A stretch of DNA of 63,997 bases, the filler included, from Cercozoa sp. M6MM (lineage: Eukaryota; Protista; Endomyxa: Ascetosporea), in NCBI GenBank assembly GCA_040357565.1. It is 11 parts of 11 records of this genome, joined end to end, with 100 filler letters (N's around TTAATTAATTAA, not from the genome) between each part and the next. Parts side by side here need not be neighbours in the genome. Positions count along the whole stretch, not along the records: positions 38,404 to 43,363 come from JBDODJ010001008.1; positions 43,464 to 60,143 come from JBDODJ010000279.1; 9 more parts are not named here. The stretch is one strand, 5' to 3'. Shown piece after piece: positions 39,028-56,599 of this stretch. The translations under genes were made by a program, and so were the position numbers. Within the stretch, counting starts at the first letter, position 1. Every line of letters begins with the position of its first letter. The notes beneath the pieces are model-generated. The model had not been told where the DNA came from, made no database searches, and was given only the letters and a program-made list of their open reading frames with translations.

Positions 39028-39358
39028 TGTTGCGTCTTTTTCTGCTGCTTTCGCTGCTTGCGCTTCTGTTTCGACTGAGAGTGCTTCGACTGAGAGTGCT
39101 TCGACTGAGAGTGCTTCGACTGAGAGTGCTTCGACTGAACTCCCGGCTTCGGCATCTCTTGCGATTTCGTATCGACAAGTTGCTGCCTCTGCTCCTGCTG
39201 CTGCGCCTGCTGCTTCTGGCGCTTTGGCGCCGGCTCGGCGGCGCCGCCCTTGCGCTGCACAAATCACATAATGCAACGAGATATGTCAATACTCACACCC
39301 GACATCATTGTTTTTTCCCACGAAAACTCACGCTTCGCTTGTTGCGCCGACGAGGCAT
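38404..39358 (-). CDS. Low-complexity basic/acidic (nuclear or nucleolar-type) protein, 5' part
   Basis: MPRRRNKR| then a 280-codon open frame with 4x QSKHS repeat, poly-Q, poly-N and D/S tracts; truncated. Confidence 0.6.
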
Positions 39359-39803
39359 GAGACAAATATGTGTCCGCACTGCCGTGAAGTCAGTGCCAAG
39401 TGCTCGCGAACTGGGGACTACTCCTGCCGCAATATTTAAACAAAATTCGTCGGTCAATCTTGTTGGAGTCGTGTTCTTTTATCCGTAGTTTGACGAAAAA
39501 CTACCCTTGATTAGTACGTATTTCGCTACGATGCATCAAAGCAGCACTAATAATCGATCTTACATGCTGTATGCGTTGAATTATTGATCTGTCGTTTTGG
39601 CCCGACTCTTTTGAAGCGGCGACGCGTCAACACCCGCTTAACAAAAGTGCGCGTCGTCGATTGGTGTGCGCCTGTTGGACTGTGGTGTATTACGTGTTCA
39701 CCTGTGGTGTCGGCCTCTACAGTACACTCTAGGTGTGTCTTTAAGTGTTTTAGAGCGGTGGGTTTCCCCGAAAGTCGAATTGCTGGTCTCAGGATCTGAC
39801 ACG

Positions 39804-40788
39804 ATGAGCGGCAGTGTCGCCCCCGAAAACGTTGGCATCAAGGCCATGTACATGTACTTCCCGTCGCAGTTTGTGGCGCAGGTAAGCCTTGTTGACATGG
39901 TGCCAGTCGAGTTTTTCTTGTATTTCTGCTGACGCTGCTTAGGAGGACATGGAGCGTCACGATGGCGTCTCCAAGGGCAAGTACACTATCGGCCTTGGGC
40001 AACACAAGATGGCGTTTGTTACCGACCGTGAAGACATCTACTCGGTAAGTACTTACTGTGCTTTGTTGTGTCGGGTTTCGAGCTTTGTTATGAGCCTTGC
40101 TTTGAGTTTTGCTATGGATGTGTTCTTGGTAGGTGTGTCTGAGTGCTTTCGCCGGTCTCATGGAGAAGTTTGAGATTCCTTACGAATCGGTGGGCCGCCT
40201 CGAGGTCGGCACGGAGACTGTTGGTACTTGCAAAGACTCATTGACCAGAGATTAGAAAACGCAATGTGCTGCGTGTGTGTAGACGACCACAGCAAGTCGG
40301 TGAAGACCTTTCTCATGGAGCTGTTCGCCAAGAGCGGCAACTCTGACGTCGAAGGCATCGACACCATCAACGCGTGCTACTCGGTACCTCTTGTTTATTT
40401 CCTGCTTCTCTCTGTGTGTTGGACACTCCTTGGCAGCTAACTAGACTCCCTCTGCTTGACATAGGGCACGGCGGCGCTGCTGAACTCGGTGGCCTGGGTG
40501 CAGTCGCGCTCGTGGGACGGCCGTGACGCCATCGTGGTTTGCGGTGACATTGCCGAGTACTCCAAGGGCCCGGCGCGTCCCACTGGTGGCTGGTAAGTCC
40601 CTATCTCTCCTTTTTTTTCGTCTAGACCGTGGTGTGTACTGGTGTAGCGGTGCTGTGGCCTTCTTGGTCGGTCCTAATGCGCCTCTGGCGATCGAGACGC
40701 CGCGCTCGTCGCACTTTGAGCACGCCTACGATTTCTACAAGCCCGTGCTAGACTCGCCGTACCCTGTGGTACCCTCCTATAGTCAAAC

Positions 40789-40823
<35 letters not shown>

Positions 40824-41934
40824 TGTGTGTGCGTGTGTATGTCTGCACACAGGAAGTGTATGCTGTATGGTAGGTGGATGGCAAGTTCAGCAACGTGTGC
40901 TACCTGCGGTCGCTGGACATTTGCTACGCGCGCTACCTTCACAAAATGCGCACGCGTCTCAACGGTGTGTTTCCTGCTGTATCAACTGTACCCTCAAATA
41001 GACAAGACTTGCCGATGCCCGTGTCTGCAGAGAAGTTCGACTTGCGCTCGGCCGACTACTTTGTGTTCCACGCGCCGTACAACAAGCTTGTGCAAAAGTC
41101 ATGGGCGCGTCTGGTCTACAACGACGCCAAGCGGCACCCGGACCGCTATGCCAACGTGCCGCAGTTGCAGACGCTGCTTGAGATGCCGCTGCAGGAGAGC
41201 TACACGTCGCGCGAATTGGTATTCTTCCCCAACTGCTTACACCCCCTGCACATGTGCACATGCGACAGGGCAAGACCTTTGCCAAGGCAGGTGCCAAGGA
41301 GTACGCGCTGCGTGTGGCGCCGTCGACGCTGCTGCCGCAGGAAGTCGGTAAGCTGACTACTGTGTACACTCCCACTGTCCTCACCCTCTGTACTTGCTAC
41401 CCGCAGGTAACTGCTACACGGCCTCGCTGTTCGCCGGTCTGCTGTCGCTCATTGTGAACAAGGCCGACGTCATGCGCGAGGGACAGCGTGTGCTCTGCTT
41501 TGCCTACGGCAGTGGCCTTGCCTCGACCATGTACTCGTTCCGCGTGCGGTACTTGCTCCCGGTCCTGGCACTTTGGGCGCCTGCTGTGTAGTTGTGATTG
41601 CTTTGTTGTTGCAGCAACACGCGCGAGCTGCAGAGGATACGCGAGGTCAACCAGTGCCGCGAGCGACTCGCGGCGCGAATGCAATGCGACCCCGTGCACT
41701 TTAATGCCGTACCATCTCATGCATACGCCTACCGTGGGGCATACAACGTACCTGCTTGTACAGACACTCGACATGCGCGCCAAGCTGCACCACACGCCCA
41801 TGAACTACACGCCCGAGAGCGGCACCACACACCTCTTCCCTGGCACATTCTATGTGCTCGGCCGCGACAGCAAGGCGCGTCGCAAGTACGCCCGCGTGCC
41901 TGCCGAAGGTGTTCGTCAGCAAGCCACCTTGTAG
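39804..41934 (+). CDS. HMGCS: Hydroxymethylglutaryl-CoA synthase (12 exons)
   Basis: [106 protein letters not shown]. Confidence 0.97.
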
Positions 41935-42075
41935 GCTGCGCCAGACGCCTGCCCGCTGCGCACGATACTAGCCGGCACACTGACAGTAAGCAGAAACGAA
42001 TATTGCAATTAAACGAAATTGAGTCACGTTGGACGAACGGAAATGATTACGCGCCCAGCGTGTGCTACGCTGCGG

Positions 42076-43363
42076 CTAGTCAAGCGTGATAGCAGGCTCT
42101 TGCTTGACAGGGCCACTGTCAGAGGCACTGGCGGCCTGAGGCATGCTCAGACTGCTCTGCTGGCAGCTGCGACTCGTCTCGAGCAGCACGACTTCGAGAT
42201 CGTCACCGTCGTCAAAGTCAAAGTCGGATGCACGTGGCGGCACGGGCACGTCGGGCGCAGTCTCCTCCTGCCCGTCGCTGCCAGAGCCGTTGGCAATGCA
42301 CATGAAGCCGTCGTCTTCGCCCTCCATGTTGACTGCAACAGACACACAGCGCAGTCAGCGCCACACAGGGCAATGTCACACAAGGCAGTGTCACACACAA
42401 AGAGCAGTAGGGGGTACACTCCTGAAAGTCGGCAAAGAAGAAGTGCTGCACGGCAGTGGCGGCCGACAGCAGGAGAGCCGAGCGGCGCGCCGACACCTGC
42501 GCCTGACTCAGCAATGTCACGACGCGCACGGCGGCCGCCTGTGCCAGCGAGTGTATCTGCTCGTACACCTCGTCCGAGTCCTGCCGTCCGCCGGCGTACT
42601 GCGTCGTCAGAAACAGCGACTGCAGGGCCAGTGCGAAGGCACTCTGTCGCAGTCGGGTGTGCTCATCCTCCGAGTCTACATGAGACACAACTTCCTCCCC
42701 AACAGGAGAGACACTGTGTGTATGCATATGTCGGTACCTGCTTCTTCGTCGCGTCGCACAGCGTCGGCCGTGCTGGCCAGGGCATCGACAAAGCGCGAGA
42801 AACGCGCGTGCTGTGTCGCCAGAGGAACCTGCGACGGCAGCAGCAGCGGCAGCAGTGCCTCGCGGTGGGCTAGCTGCACCGCCACCTGGAACTCCAGCAC
42901 GGCGCACTGGAAGCGCAGCCACTGCCGCTCCGAGGCGCGTCTCTCGTCGCCAAACCACGCCGCGTTCGCGTCGGCCGCCAGGCACAGCAGGAAGTCGCAC
43001 ACGCGGTCGCGCGAGGCCAGGCGGCGGCAGAAATCGCGCGACACTGCGCACAGTCGCGTCACCACTCGCATCGCACACGTCAGTGTCTCCAGCGGCATCT
43101 GTCCTCGCTTGAGCTGCCACACACACCCTGGTATGACAGGACACACACACACCCAGAAAGACACACACACAGACACACACACAGACACACACACACACAC
43201 ACACAAACACATACATACACACAAACACACACACACAAACACACACACAAACACAGAGACACAGAGACACGGACACAGGGATAGAGGCTACCATGGGCGT
43301 CGACACAAAGGGCGCCCACACCACGGTGTCAAACAGTGCGCGGTAGCACAGAAGTCGCTCGCG
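42076..43363 (-). CDS. Hypothetical helical-repeat-like protein, 3' part
   Basis: Leu/Ala-rich exons (CAMRVVTRLCAVSRDFCRRL...; FALALQSLFLTTQY...) and an acidic last exon ending EPAITLD*. Confidence 0.55.
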
Positions 43364-43529
43364 NNNNNNNNNNNNNNNNNNNNNNNNNNNNNNNNNNNNN
43401 NNNNNNNTTAATTAATTAANNNNNNNNNNNNNNNNNNNNNNNNNNNNNNNNNNNNNNNNNNNNTTGTTCCCCTCCTTTCACCCCCCCCCCCCCTCTTTAC
43501 CCCCCTCTTTACTCTCTCTTTACCCCCAG

Positions 43530-49402
<5,873 letters not shown>

Positions 49403-49778
49403 TGAAACGGAGCTCCGGACGTGCCGGTATTGTAAATCTACCGTGCGGTGACGACCAGTCGGATTAACATTTGCAAGGAGCTCGAGGGAGTGAAGCGTTC
49501 GTCCTTCTGATACATTGCTAAACGAGCAGATCGATCTATGCTAACCGCAGATTCGTCGGAAGTCAACAGAGCTGACACGACAGTGGGCAGGTTGAACCAA
49601 AGTGAGACTGAGCTGAGGTTAGAATCAATTAAAACGAATCCAGAAACGAAATCACCACTCAAATCATTAGCACACACCGAGCACCAGCAGCGCTCTATAC
49701 AAAAGTCGTACGTCCGGGCGTCAACAGATGAGGTTCAAGTTGCGACCGGACGTGAACAAGATGAGATGCCCAAGTTGC

Positions 49779-52700
49779 TTAGGGCGGGTCCTCGTTCAAA
49801 AAAGATCGCCACTGCGCACACAAACACACTTTAATCACGGGAATGGCATTAAACTTGATAAATATTACCGAAACTCCACTATCGCAGGTTTGCTTCTCAT
49901 CAAACAACACTTGCTGCTGCTGCATGTCTGTAAAAATAGGTTAAAACAAGATGAATTAATTGATCGAGAGAAGTGAAAAAGGTACCTGGTTGCGGTTGAA
50001 AGTTATACGCCTCATTCGTGTCCGGAACAACTTGTCGCAGCTGTCGCAGGTCGTGTCGGTAGCTACAACAGCACAGATGTCAACATATGCTCACTGTGGA
50101 CTAAAAATCTCGTACTTGTGCACACGCTTGATTTGTGACTCCGCAAATACATCATCGGAGTCGGCATCTGTTCACAGAACACTCGTTTGTGTTGCTTGCA
50201 ACATAAAAGACGAAAAGCTACCTTGCACGTCGCCTTCTAGCAAGTCGAGAATGCCATGTTGCTCAGCAAGGTGCAACTACACACCCAAACCGAATAACAG
50301 TCAAACAGAAACACTGTCAAGGTAAAACTACCAAGCGTCGGTATCGACGCAAACGCATCGTGAGACGTGCATGTCGCTGCGACTCGGCGAGTTGTTGTGG
50401 CGAATGACGTAGGAACCATTGCTTCCAGAGCACCAGTGAGTTGGAGTCCACCCTGCAAAGAATCCGATATTCGAATGCAGCTTCCCAAAAACTGAACGCA
50501 AGATACCGAGGAAGCAGCGCGTCTTGCGTTTCCTCAAAGTCGGCATTTCGAAGTTCGGAGCGCTTGCTGCCGAGTACCAGTGTCGACCAAACTGACGTAG
50601 TCAAGATGCGCGCGTTTGCGAGTTCTCGTTGCCTTTCGTTCTACAGAAATACGCGTGTGATCATGACACGCACAAAACAGCGAGCCAAAACAACATACAT
50701 CGAACAGGAAGGTGCCGTATCTGCAGTTGTGCACTGCATCGGCCAGCTCGACCTGTTGAAAGCACCAGTATATTCCTTCAGACGACTTAGCTCTTGCGTG
50801 AGTACCAAAAAGTAGCCGTTGAACTCGAACGACGTCGGAAACTGTCGTTGCAACTGATACACCGCGTCCAGGAATTGACTGCACAAAGCGAGAGCGAAGG
50901 TAATTTCCTTTCCGAAATAATCTTACAAAAGAAACAATACAGGAAAATAGGCGCTCTTTGGTCATCTGTCGCGTTCGAGCAACCATGCCCCTAGTTCGTG
51001 CAAACAAGGCTTCCTTCAGATGCAACATATCTAAAACGGAGCATACATGACGCCGGCGGAACTGGTGCCCAAACGTGCACCACTCTTTCTCGATCAGAAC
51101 GGCGAAACCGTGCATCGTGCGGTAGTACTGAGTGCCGAAATGAACAGTACAAACGGTTTCAACCGGTGTCTGCAGAACACTTACTGGATCCAACATGAGT
51201 TGCGCCAAGGCTGTGAGTTGTGATGTGCGGTCCCAGCCATCACTATCCCAAGAGAGACGTGAAACGTGATTCAAAACGCAAAAGCAAAACACTGCCGCTA
51301 TACCTGCAGTGCACGAGAACAGAAGTGCCCACGTGTGCAAGAGTGACTGCCACGCGTGCAGCGCCCGTCAAAACCGCCTAATCGAAAGAAAGGCATCTCA
51401 AAGCTGATCAGAAAGAAGCACAGAAGGAAGGAAAGCACCTTGAGTAACGAGAACCACGCATCACCGTCAGCCGCTGTCGCTTTGCCGTCGTTTGGCCGTC
51501 GCTTCTTCAGCAGCAGCGACCGAGTCAGTTTCATGTAGGCCTCGCGCACGGCTGTATCATTCAACTTGGGTCTTGCAAAGATAGCACGAAACAAGACAGC
51601 ACAACTACCATGAATGTTGTTGATTCCCAAAAAGTGCAGCGACGTATTGTCGTAGTTGCTGACATCTTCAAAGCCTTTGCCTACAAAGGTTAAACACAAA
51701 GATACAAGTAAAACCAGCATGCTTTTAGTATAACACGGCGCTACCCATAGCTTTGTTGCCGAGTGCAGCCTTCTTCGGTCGCGCGTCAAAGATGCAGTAC
51801 GCGTTGTTGTTAGTCACATTGACCGCACGCAGCGTGTCGAGTAATTGCTCATCGTGCGAACATCGCTGAAAGCACAACGCATCAGGATTTTCTTTCAATT
51901 TAGGGAGCAACGTGACCAAACAGAAAGCACCTTTCCACTGACACCAGCGCGTGGTTGGGCACTCCGTGCCAGTGTCGCATGCGTTCGCGGGTGCTTCCAC
52001 ACCACCGCAGGCAACCGACCACGCGATCGGTACTGACACACCGCACTGCAGCACAAACAAACGTAAAAAGCACCGGCTTTAAAACAGAAAACAAATACGC
52101 CAAAGCGTCGTCGTCGAAATCTTCGGGCACAACAAAAGCTGACGGATACGTCATCGATGGCAGTTCCTGTTGTCACACAACACACGCATCAAACAAAAGT
52201 CAGACTAGTGCATTGCAACACACTGACCTCCTCAGCAGCAGCGAGGTCCTGCCGAACGATGCGAAAAGGTGGCGCGAGCAGCCCCTGAACAACAAACAAA
52301 CTATCAAGACACATACAAACACAGAGGAAACACAGCATACCAGACGCCGATACTCACGTTCAGGGACAAACAGGTCCCAACCTTTGTCACTTTCATGATG
52401 CGAAAACGCAAACATCTTGTCAACTAAACCAATGACAAAAGGGACTAATCACATACACTCTCACAAAATTAACCGGAACAAACAAACGAACCTCCAGGGA
52501 ACGCCAAAGCTCGCAACCGCTCACAGAATTCGTCTCGACTTTTGGCGCTTGCGTTTGGCTCAAGCATGACACGCGAAAGTCCAGATTTCAACTGTTCAGA
52601 ACACGAGAAGAGTCAGAAAGCACAAAATGTGAATTCTTGGAAAAATTGTACGCGAATTTCAATGTCCAGAGCCGACCGGGTGGCATTGATCGCCGCAATC

Positions 52701-53793
52701 TCACCGAGAGGCACTTGGTCTCGCACTCTGAAAGTGAAAGCTCATGCTAGAGCACACCAAAATCAGCGAAAGCAGAGGCCAAACGTACTTGCCTTCCTGT
52801 CGGAACATGAGTCGAAAGTTCGTAAGCTTTACCGAACCTTCACGAGGCTTGCTGGGCGAATCGTCTCTCCCGGTGGCCGAACTGCGTTGCCACTGGCAGT
52901 ACGCGAGGCGCATATGCGTCTCCTCGCCTTTCAGCATCCGCGTCGAACGCTTGGTTCGCGAACGACTCGAGCGCTGCGATGATGTGCTTTTTCGCGGACG
53001 CTGCGGCGGCAAAGCGCGCTCGTGCGACATGCTTCGATGTGCCGACGGTACCAGTGTCTCCGATCGGTGTCTGTGCATAAAACAATCAAAGCACAAGATA
53101 GATTTTGTCAAAAGAAAACAAAGTTGCACCGAAGATCAGGTGGCGGAGTTTCATTCGACTCGGGCGCAGCTGACTCCGTTTCGAGTTGAATTGAGCGCAC
53201 AGGCTTCGGCGGTAGTTCCTTTGAAAATACAAAAGATGTCAAAGTGCGAAACAATGTCGGTAGTCTACACAGCTACCTCGCTCTCCGTGCTTTCGCTTTC
53301 GGTGGAAGAACCGGTGCCGCGGTACTTGATCAAGTAGTCAAACAGCGACATCTGCAGGTGCATTCGCTTGCTCTGGTACTCGGTCAGAGCGACCGGCAAG
53401 TGCGTGCGCGCTGCGTTCAAAAGACGCACGAAACGTCGACGCAACTCGGGCGATAAAAAGCGCACCTCACGTCGCAGCACACCTTTCAAAACGAGCACCT
53501 GGCCAAATACAGGTCAAAGCGATAAAACACACTCTCCAGGCAGCGCAATACCACAACAGAAGCATCAGCACAAGGCTCGGCCAGACAGTCCGTGATGGCT
53601 GCAGTGTGTTTATCGCGCTCAGCACCGAGTCGTTTCAGTCCAACCAGCCCACTACGAACATTAAAACATACATCCAGCACTTCCCATAGAGTGTATGGCA
53701 GTACTTCACTAAGTCGATGCGGAGAGTGAACGACTGCTTCGAACGCGTCATGCCCGACCGCATCGTGATGGCATATTCTTCCGTGTCCCTCAT
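49779..53793 (-). CDS. Myotubularin-family phosphoinositide 3-phosphatase with intact catalytic motif and N-terminal extension
   Basis: [40 protein letters not shown]|[19 protein letters not shown]|[44 protein letters not shown]. Gene ends are approximate. Confidence 0.93.
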
Positions 53794-54143
53794 TTGTGCT
53801 CACGTTTTTTGTCAAGCAACCCGCGCGGCAAGTGGGTCAGGTCAATCAGCCACACTGACTTGGGTTGACACCTTTGAACAACCAACGGCACACGCCTAAA
53901 AAGTGATTCAGAACCCCGTGCTCTACTCAGTCACTCCTGCGTTCGTCTGAACGCGACGGATCCCGTCAGATCGTCAAGAAAGCACAGAGGCACGACCTGC
54001 GCTTCACAGCCTTAAGAAAAGACAGCCAGTTTGTTGGAACGCCTTAGACCGCGGTTTGGTTTGTGCTGTCGTGTGCTGATAGTACGTCATAATCACCATT
54101 GCTAGGAGAGTGCGTGGGAGACAACCGCTGGTCCAGCACCAAA

Positions 54144-55387
54144 ATGTCGACTGAGGATTCCTCGCCGAGCATTTCGACGGCCGAGACGGCGCGATATGAC
54201 CGCCAAATACGTGTCTGGGGTCTCGCCGTATCCTTGCCTTTGTTATCTTGCATATGTTCACTTGAAAACGAAACGATATGAGCAGGCACAGAAGCGCATG
54301 CGCGAGGCGAAGGTGTGTATTGTGGGTGCGCGCGGTCTTGCGGCCGAGGTGGCCAAGACAGTGTGTCTGGCCGGTGTCAGAAGTGTCACTTTGGTCGACA
54401 CTGCAGAACCAGTGCGTCCGTGCGATGTGGGTGCCAACTTCTTCTTGCGCACAACAGATGCCGACAGTGGCCACTCACGCGTCCAATGTATGACGCAGCG
54501 TCTGCAGACTCTCAATCCCAACGTTGCTGTTAACTTTTTGGAGAAAGCTTCGCTCGCTTTGACTGCTGATGTGCGTTTCTTCACTTTGTGTATTCTTTAA
54601 AGGGTTGATTGTTCTTGTTCTGGACAGGAAGTCGCATCCTACAGTGTCGTTGTGGTTACTGAGCCCATGCAGTGCAGTCTCGTTGAACTGGATCAGTTCT
54701 GCCGAACGAAAGACGTTTCTTTCTTTGTTGCGATTCGCGGCGGTGCGTTTTTCTTTTTCTGTCTTTCTTTTTCTTTCTTTTTCTTTCTTTCAATGATTCT
54801 GTATTGTTTGTCACAGGATTGTGGGGTTTTTACTTTGTCGATCTGGGTTCCGAATATAACTACGAACGCGTCGATCGTTCGAATAACACGACCACTTTCG
54901 TTCCAACCACCACTTCCTACTGTTCGCTCGCCGGTACATATGTTTGCTTTCGTTTTGATTTGTGGAGGTCACAATCGGTTTGCTGCAGACCTCGTGCAAC
55001 TGAAGCGTTCGCAGTACGAAAAGAGTTTCCGCAGAAGGCAAAAGTCGCGCATTCCAATGACTCAAGAAGTGAGCTGCACTTTCGCCTTGTCTCTTGCTTC
55101 TTTATGTTTTTGCAACGCAGGCGATCGAACTGCTCGCACAACGCAAAACGGCCGAAGCTTACGAAACAGGAGTCACGAATTCCGTGCTGGGTGCGCTACT
55201 CGGACAGGACGTCTTGCGTGCTGTCAGTCGGGTAAAATTTCTCTCATTCTCTTGCTCAGCCCGGTTATTTTGATATCCCTGTCAGGTGGGACGCGTCGTG
55301 CGGAATCTCTTGACGTGGGATGGCCGGGACGAGTGCGAGTGCCGCGGAGCTGCGCTGGAGAAGAACATTGCGCCTTCTGTTAACTAG
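54144..55387 (+). CDS. SAE1: SUMO-activating enzyme subunit 1 (SAE1/AOS1)
   Basis: ETARYDRQIRVWGL.AQKRMREAKVCIVGARGLAAEVAKTVCLAGVRSVTLVD, LQTLNPNV, GLWGFYFVDLG, SVLGALLGQDVLRAVS. The length (about 290 aa) fits AOS1, not UBA1. Confidence 0.88.
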
Positions 55388-56599
55388 GTTGCGTTCAGTT
55401 GGTACGGTACAGTAGGGTACCCGACTTTTACCGCAGCCCTCTTTGATAGGGATAAGGCCAGACCTTGGTAAATTGAGGCGAGGGTACTTTGCCACGCCAG
55501 TGATACAACGCAAAAAAAAAAAAAAACTAAGGAACGTAAGCAAGTCTCGTCTGTCCTCGAGGCAGAATGGCCAAGTGTCAGTTTAAAACAGTGAGTTACC
55601 CCCAACGGTTCAGTTGGGCGGCAAAGCACTGGTGGATGGGAAAGTCACCCGTCAGATGTTTTACTGTAGAAAGGACGGAAAGGCGTCGTCAGAACTGAGT
55701 AGTGAGGGTTCAGAAGTTCTTAAGTTGGCGTGAAGTAAGAAGAAGAAAGAAGGGGGTAAAGGGGGTAAAGGGGGTAAAGGGGGGTAAGGGGGGGAAGGGG
55801 GGTAAAGGGGGGGGTAGAAGTCGAGACAACTGGTCCTGGAGAGATCAGATTCCTTGGTCAAGAGAAAGCCCTTCTTTTAGTTCAGCCGCAAAAGCTTGCA
55901 TAAGGCTTCCCTACTCAAACACAGGTATTCCACAGTCTGGACTGAATCTCTCAGTAGGTCAGGATACCAGTGAACACACGTCAAAATCTTCCACACCTCT
56001 CTTGAGGTACTTTGGAAGTCTTAGAGCGACTTCCGCGCGGATATATAACACGACCAGTACTGTAGTTCCGGATCCGGCCGTCTGGTTCACCACGCCAGCG
56101 CAGTCGAGTCGAGTCTTACTGCGCTGAGAGTTCCTTCGGCTTTCTACGTAGCGGCCGTCGGTGGCTTGGCAGTGCTCTTGTGCGTACTAGCGTCTAGTAG
56201 TATAGCCAAGGCTTCTTTACTGACATGTCTAAAGGCGAAGAGCAACACAAACGGTGCAGCACTGGGAGGTGTTAATCCCCACGTGTGTGCGGCGGGCGTT
56301 GGTCTGGTCTCGGACTTGCGAGTTTGCGGGACTCGCTCGGGCACACATCCAGCAGCCACTCGGTGTGTGAGAGCTAGTGCTCGTGAGACAGGATTCGCAG
56401 CGTGTCGTCCAAGCATGTAAGAAGCGAGTTTATCTCTGTTTTCCTGTGCTTCGGCTGTTGCCACGTGTTTAAGCTTTTCAAAAACAGTCAAAGTTGCGTG
56501 AGTGGTACCACCGTGATGTTATTTAGGGATCCTAATAAAACGCCGCCGGAGGACAACCTTACACCTGTTCCGCCGAGCACTCGTGATTTTTGCTTTGCT

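Noticed and set aside
50010-50125. TCDSCDKLF suggesting a FYVE or C1 finger in the myotubularin tail
   Set aside because: It is out of frame with the spliceable upstream exon; the in-frame reading is [10 protein letters not shown].
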